Assembly: GCA_022710715.1 (NCBI GenBank)
Contig: JAKLGJ010000002.1
Span: 81,977 to 145,976, forward strand
Reading direction: 5' to 3'
DNA length: 64,000 nucleotides
Source of the DNA: Candidatus Omnitrophota bacterium
GTDB taxonomy: Bacteria; Omnitrophota; Gorgyraeia; Gygaellales; Profunditerraquicolaceae
The notes beneath the pieces were generated by a model. That model saw only the letters and a list, made by a program, of their open reading frames with translations. It did not search any database and was not told where the DNA came from. This document shows, in pieces, positions 54,274 through 64,000 of the stretch; the first letter of the stretch is position 1; every line of letters starts with the position of its first letter. A program made the position numbers and the translations under genes.

Positions 54274-55216
54274 CTTTTTTCCTGTCATGCGCCTGGGTAA
54301 CCAGGAACAACGCCGCCATGCGCACCGCGATACCATTGGTGACCTGTTCGAGTATGACCGATTGCGGGCAATCCGCGACTTCGCTGGATATTTCTATGCC
54401 CCGGTTGATCGGCCCGGGATGCATCACGATCATGTTCTTCTTGGCCTTGCTTAACCGCTCCTCGGTGATCCCGAACTTTTTGTAATATTCCATCTGCTGC
54501 GGGAAAGCGCTCTGTTCGTCGCGCTCGAACTGCATGCGCAGGACGTTCACCGCGTCCGCGTTCTTCAGCGCCTCCTCGATATTGCAGGTTGCGCGCGCGC
54601 CCATTTCTTCTATGCCCGGAGGAATGAGCATCTTGGGAGCGCATACCGTGACCCTGGCCCCCAGCTTGGTCAATCCCCAGATGTTCGAACGGGCGACCCG
54701 CGAATGAGCGATATCTCCGACAATGCTCACGTTGAGCCCTTCGATCTTTCCCAGCTTTTCTCTCAACGTAAATATGTCCAGCAGCGCCTGCGTGGGGTGC
54801 TCGTGCCAGCCGTCGCCGGCATTCACCACGCTGATGCCCAGATGTCGGGCCAGTATTGCCGCCGCCCCGGAATAATTGTGGCGCATCACGATGATATCGG
54901 CTTTAAGCGCTTCGATATTCCTGCCCGTATCGATGAGGGTTTCGCCTTTTTTCACGCTGGAGGTTTCGGAGGCGATGTTGATCACGTCGGCGGATAAGCG
55001 TTTGGCGGCCAGTTCGAACGAAACCCTGGTGCGCGTGGACGGTTCGTAGAAAAGATTTACCACGGTTTTGCCGCGCAGGACGGGCACTTTCTTGATCTCG
55101 CGGGAAGTCACCTCTTTGAAAGAATCGGCCGTATCTAAAATGAGCAGGATCTCTTCTTTGCTCAAATATTCCAGACCCAGCAGGTCTTTTTTATTCCAGG
55201 CCGTTGTTTCGCTCAT
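54257..55216 (-). CDS. pyrB: aspartate carbamoyltransferase catalytic subunit
   Basis: STRTR carbamoyl-phosphate motif ([11 protein letters not shown]), HPTQ and HPGP blocks; 319 aa. Confidence 0.95.
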   Translation of the reverse strand: MSETTAWNKKDLLGLEYLSKEEILLILDTADSFKEVTSREIKKVPVLRGKTVVNLFYEPSTRTRVSFELAAKRLSADVINIASETSSVKKGETLIDTGRNIEALKADIIVMRHNYSGAAAILARHLGISVVNAGDGWHEHPTQALLDIFTLREKLGKIEGLNVSIVGDIAHSRVARSNIWGLTKLGARVTVCAPKMLIPPGIEEMGARATCNIEEALKNADAVNVLRMQFERDEQSAFPQQMEYYKKFGITEERLSKAKKNMIVMHPGPINRGIEISSEVADCPQSVILEQVTNGIAVRMAALFLVTQAHDRKKDETAD

Positions 55217-55751
55217 CTTTCTCCACTAAAACCACTTCATCTTTGCCGTCGATCTCCAGCAACCGCACCTCGATCATTTCCTGTTTCGCCGTGGGGATGT
55301 TCTTGCCCACATAATCCGGCCGGATGGGCAGCTCGCGATGGCCGCGGTCGATCAACACCGCCAGCTGTATGGTCTTAGGCCGGCCCAGATCGATCAACGC
55401 ATCAAGCGCCGCGCGGATGGTGCGCCCCGAATAGAGCACGTCGTCGACCAGGATCACGTTTTTGTCGGTAATGTCGAAGCCGATCTCGGTTTTATGCACT
55501 ACCGGCTGATAGGCGATAAGGGTAAGGTCGTCGCGGTAAAGGGTGATGTCGAGAATGCCCACGGAGATTTCCCTGGATTCGATCTGCTTGATGCTGGCGG
55601 CGAGCCGATTGGCCAGATGCACTCCGCGGGTACGAATACCCACGATACAAACGTCCCCGACGCCTTTATTCTTCTCCACGATCTCGTGGGCAATGCGCGT
55701 CAGACTGCGCTGTATGGTTTCCTGATCCAGTATTTTGGCTTTCTCTAGCAT
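55191..55751 (-). CDS. pyrR: bifunctional pyrimidine operon regulatory protein / uracil phosphoribosyltransferase PyrR
   Basis: PRTase type I motif [13 protein letters not shown] and PyrR N-terminal region. First gene of the pyr operon, with an attenuator upstream. Confidence 0.92.
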   Translation of the reverse strand: MLEKAKILDQETIQRSLTRIAHEIVEKNKGVGDVCIVGIRTRGVHLANRLAASIKQIESREISVGILDITLYRDDLTLIAYQPVVHKTEIGFDITDKNVILVDDVLYSGRTIRAALDALIDLGRPKTIQLAVLIDRGHRELPIRPDYVGKNIPTAKQEMIEVRLLEIDGKDEVVLVEKDERNNGLE

Positions 55752-55760
55752 AGGTCGGGC

Positions 55761-55912
55761 AAAAAAAAACCAACCGGTTAAGGTTGGTTACTGTGGTTCG
55801 CCTGAGATTGGTCCATTCTTTTTGTGCATGTATCCGCCTTGCCTGCCTCGCGGGGCAGGCTTAAAGGTTATCTCGATTTGTAATAGTGTAGCACAAAAAA
55901 GAGTTTTGTCAA
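55761..55912 (-). promoter_or_regulatory. pyr operon leader: sigma70-like promoter, putative PyrR-binding stem-loop and Rho-independent attenuator terminator
   Basis: On the minus strand: TTGACA (55912..55907), 16-nt spacer, TACACT (55890..55885). Stem-loop GCCTGCCCCGCGAGGCAGGCAAGG (about 55860..55837) resembles the PyrR binding loop (..GAGGC.GGCAAGG). Terminator AACCAACCTTAACCGGTTGGTT + T9 (55789..55761) ends 10 nt before the pyrR ATG. Confidence 0.5.
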
Positions 55913-58900
55913 GCCGGAATCTGCGTTTCCAGCCAGATCAGCGTTTCTTTCAGGGATGTATCTGTAGCAATCCCCTGGGTTTCCTCCATTTTCAACTCCT
56001 GGGCCAACAACGCTAAAATCTCCTGCCGGGCCTGCGCAATACGCCCCTGCTGATAACACTGCTGCACATAACAGATGATCTCCTGCGGCTTAAGCAACCT
56101 GCCCTGCGCCAGGATAACCTGCAAATCCTGCGCCTGTAGCGCTGCCGCCGGATTCAAGGCCACAGGAGCCGCGATCCAGGCAGGCGCCGGTGAGGAACCG
56201 GAAACCGGCAGGCTGCGCAGATCGATACCGCCGGTTTCATCCGGCTTATGCTCGCGCGCCGCCGGCTCGAGCGGCCGGGATTGCGCGGCCTGCTGCGCTT
56301 CGTACTCCCGCACCATGGCTTCAATCCCCCGTTCCTGCTCTTCGACATTCATCTGGATGGCTTTCATTCGTTCGCGGATAACCGCCAGGAGAGGAAGGAC
56401 CTGCTCCTGAAAAGCGGTTAACGATTCGGCGATCCGGCCGCTGTTTTTCACGTCCTGCGCGTCGCGATCCCAGAACGCCTTGAACAACAAGTGTTCCTGG
56501 CTGAAAGTAAGCTTTTGATTAAGGCATACTTCGCTTAAAAGCTTCAGGGCTTGCAGCCGTGTCAGCGGGCCTGCCGTTTCCAATAAAACAGCGAGTACCG
56601 ATAACGATTGGTCGATGATCATATTGTCCCAGCTTTTCAAGCCGGCGGCAAGATCAGACATCTGTTCAGCGGCGGCGGACAACTCGATTCCCGGCTTATC
56701 TTTCAAAGCGGTGATGATCAGGCTGCGCGCTTCCTGCGCCACCTCGCGCGAATTGATATACTCCAACCCCAGCGCTATAAGCATCTCCCTGGGCAGTTCT
56801 ATGCGCTGTTTCGTTTCCACCAGCTGCGCTTTCTCCCGTATTTCATGCAGGGCGATCGCTTTGTCTAAAGCCCGGCCCGGCCGTTCAAGATCATGCAATG
56901 CGGCTTTCAATTTCATCGCCTCGACCGTTCCCGAGACCTCCCGGCCGAAATTGTCGATGATCTCGATCAACCGCTGTGCTGTGCCGCCGTCGCCGGCGAT
57001 CACTTCCGCTTTGAATGACGGGATATCCTTCACCGCAGTCGCATCTCCTTCCTTGAGATCGAGCTCGCCGCCCAGGGAATCCAGGTAACGGGTCACCCGG
57101 CTGGGCGGGACTTTCAAATGGAACGATTCTCCTTTGGCCGCTCTGGCCAGGACCCTCACCCCCAGCGCGGCGGAAACTTCCCGGGTCATCGCGTTCGCTG
57201 CGGCATCCTGCACTTCTTTTAATTCATCGGTGTTAGTATAGACTTTTTCTTTCACATACACGAATTCCCCGCTTTCCGTAAACACTCCGTGCAGCAGAAC
57301 GAACCCGATCACGTTCTCTTCCCCGTCCCGCAGCAGGATGATCAATTCCTGGGCGTCGGAGATAAAACTCATCAGGCTGTGTTTGTAGTTGCCGGAATAA
57401 TCGCTTCTCTGGCAATTCCCCGAGCCGCTGGCGCCGTACCGGCCGATCTTCAGGGTGTCTTTAAGATCGAAGCTGATCTCCGCGGATACTTTTGCCGGGA
57501 CTGCCGCGGTCAGCGATTCGTCGGTCAAAGCTTTTTGCGCGGCAGCCAGCAATGATTTAAGCATTCCGCGGGACTCGTTAATGAAATTGCGCGGTTTTTC
57601 CCGCGCGGCGAATTCCTGATCCAGGACAGCCAGATCGTCGATCATCCGCGATACGGTCAATTCTTTTTGCACGGCAGGATCTCTTTCGTAGGATTCGTAG
57701 AGCCGGATGATCTCCTGCCACTGCTCCCCGCGATCCATAGAAGCCAGGTTCTCGATCCGGCCGGCGATCTCCAGGACTTTTTGCACCAATATCCCATGAT
57801 CCTGCGCCTGCTGCCTGATCCGCTGCAGTTCCCGCAAGCGCCGCAGGGCTTCCCCCCGCGCCCGGTTCTCCCGTTTAGACAGCTTTTTCAGTCCCATTAA
57901 AACCTGGATATCCTTCTGATCGAGCGCCGCTTTCAACGCAGGACTTAATCCTGCCGGATCGGTTTTCTGCCCGGCCAGGAATTCGTCCGTTTCCTGCTCC
58001 AGCACCGCGATCCTGGCCTGATACGCTTTATCCGCTTCCGAAATCACCATTTCGCGCTCCGCGGAATGCTGCTGGTAATTTTGCATTGTGGTCTCGAAAT
58101 ATTGCCGGTACGCAGCGCGGTTGCTGAAATCTTCCTCGGCTTCGGCAGTCAATGATTCCAGATTCTCATAGGCGTCGCGCACCGCCTGCGGCGCCTGCGA
58201 CGCGGCATTGGCCTGGCTGCGCTTATAGTCCCGCACTCCCTGCCTGCCTCCGGTAAAATAAGCGATCACCAGGTCCCGCAGGATGGCGTAAGCCGCGGAT
58301 CTGCGGGGATAGTTCTGCTGGAAATTAAACATATCCATCATGAACTCGGTGTCCGCCAGAGCGGCCCGGGCGTCGGGATGAACCGGCCCCATCTCGAAAT
58401 CGAAGAACTTTTTATCCCCGATCCTGCTCTCCAGCCGGGAGATGAGCGCCGCGGAAAAATCGCCGGATTGCGCCGCGGCGTTGATTTCCTCGGCGGACAA
58501 TACTTTTTTCTGCTGCATCGCCGCAGCCGTAGCCAGGAAATTCAATCCGTCGACCAGGGCCTGGCCCTGCCCGGAAGATCTGCGGATGATCGTTTCCGCG
58601 GTTTCCCGGTATCGACTGTTGTCTTTCAACCAGTTCAGGGCCCGGAACAGGGCTACCCGGCGCTGATCATTGCCCCCCCTGATGGTTTCGACGATTTTAT
58701 CGGTGACCGCGGCATCGCTGAATCCCGCTCTCGAAAGGATATAGGCTTCGAAAACAGTCAGCCCCTGCACCGGCTCCTGGGACAAAAAGCCCTCGATCGG
58801 CTCCTTGAAGGTCGGGCTCATTGCGCCCAGAAGCCGCAATGACAAAGATTTTTCCCGGGCATTGATCTTCCCGGTCAGCCAGGCCAGCTCCACCAGGTCC

Positions 58901-61900
58901 TCCTTGCGCATTGACCAGCTCCAGGTGATTATTTCCAGCAAACGGCTTAAAGCTTCTCCTGCGGAAGCGCCGGGACGCAGCGAAGAGATCACCGCATTTG
59001 CCGCGGGCATATGTTCCGGGCTTACTGCCAGCCATTTCAAACTCTTATCGTAAAACTGCTTGCGCTCGACATCGTTGAGCGGCCGCAAAACCTCTCTCAA
59101 TACGGATTGGGCCTGCCCGGAAAATCCCAGGCTTAAAACGAATTCCAGGGCAAATCCCAGCTCGCGATTGGCAAAATCGAATTCCAGGATTTGATGCGCA
59201 AATTTGTTTGCCGGCGGGGAATAACGGAACACGTCGGTGTTGTCCGGGAGAGTCTTACTGGAAGCAATATCCGCGAGAATCGCCGCGACCTGCTCCTGCT
59301 CGTTTTCTTCGATCCGGCCTAATAAGAAAAGCAGCTCGCTCAAATAATTTTTCTTGAACCGGACAAGACAATCTCCCAGCGTGTCAAAAGCATTGGCCAG
59401 ATCCGCTTCCGGACGCAATTGAGTGATCAATGCGTTGAATATTTCGGCTTGTTCCGGATGCTGCCCGATTGCCAGGAATGCGACCCAGCATAAACCAGCC
59501 TGGTGATACGGCGATGATTTAGAACGCAAAGCTTGCCGGGCTTTGGCCCGGACCGCATCGGACAAAGGCAGATGAGCAAGCGTGAATTCCAGCCAGAATT
59601 GAAATTCCCGCTCTTGCGGCTGGAAAGTAAGAATTTCGCGCACCAGACGCTGGCGGTCGGCAACGGATTCCCTGCGGATGACCCGGATAATTTGCCCGAA
59701 CACCAGACTATCCCCGTATTCATATCGTTGCGCATCCTCGTCGGGCATTTCTCCCAACAGAATGAGCATGCGGAACCAGGATTCATGATGATCCGCGTCC
59801 ATTTCCAGCAAATCCTCATAATCAACAGACAGGCCGTCAACAATGTTGCCCAGGTCCCGCGTTGATTGCCGGCCCAATATATTGACGATCTCCAGGGCCG
59901 GCGGATTACGCTGAAGCCAGATCAGGCTCTGGATCAATTCTTTTCTTTGCTGGCGGTTCCTGGCCTGGATCGACCGGACCAGATTGTCCCGGGCTTGCGC
60001 TTCAAGATCGATCGAGGACAACAAATAGGCTTCGACCAGGCTCACGCCTTGCGCGGTGACGCGCGCGGCCAGAACTGCGCCGCTTAACGGCGCGGGGAAC
60101 CAACGATCGTCTTTATACCCTTTGAATACAGCCAGCTGGCTCAACGTAAGCTTGATCTGCGTTTCCGGCATCCCGCGTCCGCGCAATGCCGCGGTCCAGG
60201 CTTCCCGGTCATAAAAAACCAGCCCCTGGATAAAATCCGGCTTATCCGCGGACAAACGCACCAGCGAATCTATCCCGCACTCCGCGATAAAAGGCTTAAG
60301 CCAGTCCATCCACCGCGCCAGCTCCTGCATTGAAGAGCTTCCTTTTAATTGCACAGCTTCGATAAAACCTGTTTGCATAAACAGCCGCTGGTATTCTTCG
60401 GCGGTTTTCATGATTGTATCGGAATAGCGATCGAAGTCGTTAAACTGCAGGGACCCGCCGTTTTCCAGAAGAACCAGCTGCCGGCTTTTCACCAGGATCC
60501 TGCCCGCAAATAGGATCGCGGTTGGCAGATTGTTCGCGGGAAGCGGCATACGGACCATTTCGTCGCCTGCCGCCATCCGCTCTTCCTGCGGCACATCCAG
60601 CAATGCCTGGATCAACGCATAGAGGAAACGCACATCGTAATCCTCTTTGCGGTTGTCCAGGAATTCGTACAACGCCGGCTCTATGCCCATGGCTTGAAGC
60701 TGCCGTAAAAATTCTTCGTTCGATTTCAACAGATCCGTGCCGGTCAGCCTGGGCAAAGCGGCTGTCGTCTGCCCCGCGGCGGGCATGGTCGTGGGTAACG
60801 AAAATCCTCCGGTCGTCCCGAAAGGCGCGGCGCCGCCGTCCGGACCGTCGCCGCTCATTACATCCGCAGTGGCAGTGGATACGCGGCGGGACTCTTCGCC
60901 TTTGATCGTACGCAGCAATGCTTCCAGAATGCCGCGCAATCTTCCTTTATTTACCGCCGCCTCGGACAAGGACAACTCGAATATTCCCGGCGCGGGAATA
61001 AATTTCGCCGGAGCTATTTCCATATCCGGAAGAATATGTTTTCCTGCGGATAGCTCTTCGGGCAGGGTGAAATCGGTTCTGGCGAGCAGCGCGGTTAACC
61101 CCGACAGATCGGAAGCGTGCGGATTTTTAAGCTGGATCAGTCGCGTATCAAGCAGCGCTCCCGTGTCGGGGAATGCCGCCCCGAAAAACGCCGTATCGAA
61201 AAATATCTTATCCGCCGATCCGATCCCGCTAAAAACAGGCAACGCTTCCTGCGACCACAGCGTCCAGCCCGGAGCGGTTTCTTGCGGCGCAGCCAGCACG
61301 CTAAAATCAATACCCTGGACGTTATTATCGGTAACCCCGAAGCTGCCGCCTTCGGCAAATCCGGAAGTGCCGCCGGCGGAGAATCCGCTTGACCCCTTTG
61401 CGCCCTGATTGCCTGCCGGGAGCTCCGGAGCATCGGGCAATTCGTCGAGCATTTCATCCGCGATCGCCGCCAGAATTTTTTTATAGAGCAGCCGGTTGAC
61501 AAAATATTCCGTCAGCAGTCGGGGATCCTGCTTCATCCGGCGGTTGCCCACGCTGATTTCCTGATTTCTATCCGCCCATTCCCGGCCGGCCCGTATTTTT
61601 TGCTCACCCAGCTGAATCCGGGCGAATTGAAATGTGCTCACGGGAACATCGGCATCCCGGTGCTGATGTTCCAGGTAAAATATAGGATATTCCTCAAAAC
61701 CCCCTTTAGTCGGGTCGAACAAAGGCGAGGTCGATCCCTGCTTGATCGAATCCAGTTGAGTATGCTTATCGAAAAGCTCGCGGTCAGGCGTTTCCCGGAA
61801 AAGATAGATATCCGCACCGGCAACCGTACCGTCGACCGAATCCGGAGAGAGACGCATCCCGCCGTATTTCGCGACCAGGATGATCGTACCCAGCAGCGAA

Positions 61901-64000
61901 CGCAGGAACCCGGCAGGGCCGGCGAATATTCCCTCTTCTCGATACTCTTTCATGTCCGGATCGATCACAAAATACCAGGCATCTTCATAGAGCTCGGTTC
62001 CTTCGCGCTGACCGTGAATGGCGAATCGGGGCAAAGCCCGCAAATCTTTTTGCGCCAGCTGCGCTTCCAGCTCGGCAATTTCTTTTTCCAGGGCAGGCAG
62101 ATCCGGAATCGGTTCGTCTCCGCCGTCCGGGTCTTCGTCTTCGACAGCCAGAGTTGTCTGGTCGGGCGCGGGCAATGTTTGCCTGGCCCTGGCAATGGAT
62201 CTATCGAGGCCGGCAAAGAAATTCCTCCGGTAACCCGGATTGGACAGGTAGTTTTTCGGGGTCCCGAGGGATTTCGCATACTCGTTATTCTTGATCCCGT
62301 TAAGCGCCAGAAAGTCGTCCATCTGCTTGCCGCGTTCTTCGGTCAGACCCTGGAGTTTTACTTTACCCCGGTCATCCGCGATCACCGCTTTATAGATGAC
62401 CCGCGGCCTGCTTTCGCCGGTAAGCTCTTTTGCCGGCGTGCCCAGAATAACGACATACGCGGTCAAGACATGGGGAACATCCAGCGCAACGATCTCCCCG
62501 ACTTCTTGCGGATCAAGCTGCCGGTCAGGATTACGGGTGGCCAGTTCCAGTTTTACCATATTCTGGATCAATCCGGGATCCCGCGCCAATTCCTCGTCGG
62601 TCAAGCGGGTATATACGTAGACCAGCCCTGCGGGCAATCCGCCTTTTGCTTCTTTCTCGCCTTTCGGCACGGCAGGCGTCTGGAACGAGCGAGTCATGGC
62701 CAGGGAATCGGTGTCCCCCGTTTTTCCCTGCTCATAGATCACGCGCATCAAATCCCCGCGCATCTCGGACTTGATCTGGCCGATAATCCTGCCGCCATCC
62801 TGCCCTTCGCCCACCGAAGCAGGGTTCGCGGCAGCCGCCAAAGGAACAAGGGCGCCCGCATAAGGAAGGTTATCGGCTGATAAACCCCGGGGCGCCCTTG
62901 CAATTTTCTGTCTTTCGTACTCCTGCCGGACTTGTTCCAGAAGCGCCGGATCGCCTTGCTTCAATCGTTCTATCAATTTGTTCCTCGCCTGTCGAACGCT
63001 GCCGTAGCTGGCGCGAGAAACCCGCATTTTCAAAAACAGCATCGCCGGTCTTATCGCGGGGAAGGTCATGTTTTTAAGATGCTCGCCGATCCAGTCGACG
63101 TCGCTGACAGTTCTGCCGCCATTCAACATGTCCCGGGCCAGCAACCGAACGATCAAATTGCCCAATAAAATGGCTTCTTCCGGCCCGGGAGGCGCTTTTT
63201 CCAAAGCGATGCGCGTATTTTCGGATACCGGCGGCACGGATACCGGCGTTTCTTCCGCGCCTGCCGCCGCGGAGGGCGCGGCGATCAGCTCTTCCTGTAT
63301 AATCTCCGCGACTGCCTGCTGCGCCTGCCTGGCTTCTTCCCGAAGGCGCAACGACTGCAGCGCTTGCTGCATGGCCTCTCGGGTCTTCGGCTGCGCCTGG
63401 GCATTCACGAATTCCTCCAGATACTTTTTTTCCGCCGCAGGCATTAAATCGTATGATTCTTCCACGCGCGCGCGGATCTCCCGGGAGCGCTGGAGCAAAG
63501 CCAGAACAAATTGAGTTTTTTCCCGGCCGGAGAGCGCCGAAAATTTCCCGAGCGATCCCGCGGCGGAACGCGAGCCGGTCAACAGATCATACGCGGAATC
63601 GAACAGTTCCCGGTCAAAAAAGCGCTTACCTCCGTCGATCTCCGCGCCGTTTTCTTTTCCGCCGGGGCTTTTTAATTCATCCTCAAGCTGCTTGATCCGC
63701 TTTTCCAGCGCCGCGATCCTGCGATTATTCTCTTCGAGCAATCCTCTCTGCATGGAAAAAGCCGCGCCCGCTTCGCTGCGCGCCATCATCCGGTCCAGCA
63801 AACGGTTATGATTCTCCAGCCGCAGCTTTTCCTGACGCAGGCGGAAAATTTCTTCCTGCGCTGCCGTTTCCTTCCCGCCGTCGCCGGAAGCCGCATCCAT
63901 AAAATCGCGGTAATTTTTAAAGCTGTCTTTCCCGGCCGGATCGGAAACCAGCGAGAGAAATGACCGGGCCAGAGCGTCAAAATCGCCATGATGCGATTCC
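55909..64000 (-). CDS. giant coiled-coil / helical-repeat protein of more than 2,690 aa; 5' end (N-terminus) extends beyond the window
   Basis: Single uninterrupted minus-strand ORF from stop at 55909 to the window edge; the frame stays open upstream of the Met at 63900. No recognisable catalytic motif (no P-loop, no HExxH). Features: long heptad coiled coils, Gly/Ser-rich linker (GNQGAKGSSGFSAGGTSGFAEGGSFG), Ala/Pro/Gly-rich segments, and at least four degenerate ~90-aa helical repeats sharing R..AL.....WL spacing. Confidence 0.7.
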   Translation of the reverse strand, partial: ESHHGDFDALARSFLSLVSDPAGKDSFKNYRDFMDAASGDGGKETAAQEEIFRLRQEKLRLENHNRLLDRMMARSEAGAAFSMQRGLLEENNRRIAALEKRIKQLEDELKSPGGKENGAEIDGGKRFFDRELFDSAYDLLTGSRSAAGSLGKFSALSGREKTQFVLALLQRSREIRARVEESYDLMPAAEKKYLEEFVNAQAQPKTREAMQQALQSLRLREEARQAQQAVAEIIQEELIAAPSAAAGAEETPVSVPPVSENTRIALEKAPPGPEEAILLGNLIVRLLARDMLNGGRTVSDVDWIGEHLKNMTFPAIRPAMLFLKMRVSRASYGSVRQARNKLIERLKQGDPALLEQVRQEYERQKIARAPRGLSADNLPYAGALVPLAAAANPASVGEGQDGGRIIGQIKSEMRGDLMRVIYEQGKTGDTDSLAMTRSFQTPAVPKGEKEAKGGLPAGLVYVYTRLTDEELARDPGLIQNMVKLELATRNPDRQLDPQEVGEIVALDVPHVLTAYVVILGTPAKELTGESRPRVIYKAVIADDRGKVKLQGLTEERGKQMDDFLALNGIKNNEYAKSLGTPKNYLSNPGYRRNFFAGLDRSIARARQTLPAPDQTTLAVEDEDPDGGDEPIPDLPALEKEIAELEAQLAQKDLRALPRFAIHGQREGTELYEDAWYFVIDPDMKEYREEGIFAGPAGFLRSLLGTIILVAKYGGMRLSPDSVDGTVAGADIYLFRETPDRELFDKHTQLDSIKQGSTSPLFDPTKGGFEEYPIFYLEHQHRDADVPVSTFQFARIQLGEQKIRAGREWADRNQEISVGNRRMKQDPRLLTEYFVNRLLYKKILAAIADEMLDELPDAPELPAGNQGAKGSSGFSAGGTSGFAEGGSFGVTDNNVQGIDFSVLAAPQETAPGWTLWSQEALPVFSGIGSADKIFFDTAFFGAAFPDTGALLDTRLIQLKNPHASDLSGLTALLARTDFTLPEELSAGKHILPDMEIAPAKFIPAPGIFELSLSEAAVNKGRLRGILEALLRTIKGEESRRVSTATADVMSGDGPDGGAAPFGTTGGFSLPTTMPAAGQTTAALPRLTGTDLLKSNEEFLRQLQAMGIEPALYEFLDNRKEDYDVRFLYALIQALLDVPQEERMAAGDEMVRMPLPANNLPTAILFAGRILVKSRQLVLLENGGSLQFNDFDRYSDTIMKTAEEYQRLFMQTGFIEAVQLKGSSSMQELARWMDWLKPFIAECGIDSLVRLSADKPDFIQGLVFYDREAWTAALRGRGMPETQIKLTLSQLAVFKGYKDDRWFPAPLSGAVLAARVTAQGVSLVEAYLLSSIDLEAQARDNLVRSIQARNRQQRKELIQSLIWLQRNPPALEIVNILGRQSTRDLGNIVDGLSVDYEDLLEMDADHHESWFRMLILLGEMPDEDAQRYEYGDSLVFGQIIRVIRRESVADRQRLVREILTFQPQEREFQFWLEFTLAHLPLSDAVRAKARQALRSKSSPYHQAGLCWVAFLAIGQHPEQAEIFNALITQLRPEADLANAFDTLGDCLVRFKKNYLSELLFLLGRIEENEQEQVAAILADIASSKTLPDNTDVFRYSPPANKFAHQILEFDFANRELGFALEFVLSLGFSGQAQSVLREVLRPLNDVERKQFYDKSLKWLAVSPEHMPAANAVISSLRPGASAGEALSRLLEIITWSWSMRKEDLVELAWLTGKINAREKSLSLRLLGAMSPTFKEPIEGFLSQEPVQGLTVFEAYILSRAGFSDAAVTDKIVETIRGGNDQRRVALFRALNWLKDNSRYRETAETIIRRSSGQGQALVDGLNFLATAAAMQQKKVLSAEEINAAAQSGDFSAALISRLESRIGDKKFFDFEMGPVHPDARAALADTEFMMDMFNFQQNYPRRSAAYAILRDLVIAYFTGGRQGVRDYKRSQANAASQAPQAVRDAYENLESLTAEAEEDFSNRAAYRQYFETTMQNYQQHSAEREMVISEADKAYQARIAVLEQETDEFLAGQKTDPAGLSPALKAALDQKDIQVLMGLKKLSKRENRARGEALRRLRELQRIRQQAQDHGILVQKVLEIAGRIENLASMDRGEQWQEIIRLYESYERDPAVQKELTVSRMIDDLAVLDQEFAAREKPRNFINESRGMLKSLLAAAQKALTDESLTAAVPAKVSAEISFDLKDTLKIGRYGASGSGNCQRSDYSGNYKHSLMSFISDAQELIILLRDGEENVIGFVLLHGVFTESGEFVYVKEKVYTNTDELKEVQDAAANAMTREVSAALGVRVLARAAKGESFHLKVPPSRVTRYLDSLGGELDLKEGDATAVKDIPSFKAEVIAGDGGTAQRLIEIIDNFGREVSGTVEAMKLKAALHDLERPGRALDKAIALHEIREKAQLVETKQRIELPREMLIALGLEYINSREVAQEARSLIITALKDKPGIELSAAAEQMSDLAAGLKSWDNMIIDQSLSVLAVLLETAGPLTRLQALKLLSEVCLNQKLTFSQEHLLFKAFWDRDAQDVKNSGRIAESLTAFQEQVLPLLAVIRERMKAIQMNVEEQERGIEAMVREYEAQQAAQSRPLEPAAREHKPDETGGIDLRSLPVSGSSPAPAWIAAPVALNPAAALQAQDLQVILAQGRLLKPQEIICYVQQCYQQGRIAQARQEILALLAQELKMEETQGIATDTSLKETLIWLETQIPA

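Overview
High-GC bacterial chromosomal window, densely packed and strongly strand-biased: about 55 of 58 genes are on the minus strand. No rRNA, CRISPR array, transposase or integrase is visible.

Recognisable content (all minus-strand operons unless noted):
- purH-folC-mnmE-folE-(small membrane protein)-PilZ.
- ddl-like/ddl-like/kamA, coupling lysine 2,3-aminomutase to two D-Ala-D-Ala-ligase-family ATP-grasp enzymes, followed by a divergent EF-G paralog and a YchF homolog that lacks the G domain.
- A housekeeping-looking stretch: UPF0280, HAD, PAC2, M20 peptidase, FmdB.
- A 947-aa signal-peptide protein fusing an M1 (HEXXH-18-E) metallopeptidase to an Omp85/BamA-type beta-barrel.
- An Nth-like glycosylase.
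- A PilZ-TM-coiled-coil-(alpha/alpha)6 glycosidase-like protein.
- A TPR/transglutaminase-like lipoprotein.
- A DnaQ exonuclease with a WYL-like tail, a DUF2156 protein, a YkgJ Fe-S protein and a Trbp111/CsaA tRNA-binding protein.
- A response regulator-GGDEF with a CheC-like protein.
- tRNA-Asp(GTC) and tRNA-Val(TAC).
- A Chlamydia/spirochaete-style V-type ATPase operon (E, DUF2764-like, A, B, D, I, K).
- A long pyrimidine operon pyrR-pyrB-pyrC-(Mut7-C)-(EndoQ-like)-tRNA-Arg(CCG)-(LOG)-carA-carB-yjbQ-mutM-pyrK-(GT2)-pyrD-pyrF, with a recognisable promoter and PyrR-type attenuator.
- A giant ORF of more than 2,690 aa, open at the window edge, with coiled coils, a Gly/Ser-rich linker and degenerate helical repeats.
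- On the plus strand: a partial comM/yifB at the left edge and an XRE-cupin regulator + acyl-CoA synthetase pair.

Most notable non-coding signal: an almost identical 77-nt palindromic 5'-leader sits directly upstream of the start codons of two unrelated genes (atpE and the CsaA-like gene).

The most promising candidates for undescribed biology are the kamA + dual ATP-grasp operon (a beta-lysine-derived product), the M1-peptidase/Omp85 fusion (a type Vd-like autotransporter), the giant repeat protein and the shared leader element. The archaeal-flavoured gene set (V-ATPase, PAC2, UPF0280, EndoQ) suggests an uncultivated, deep-branching lineage; this is inference only.
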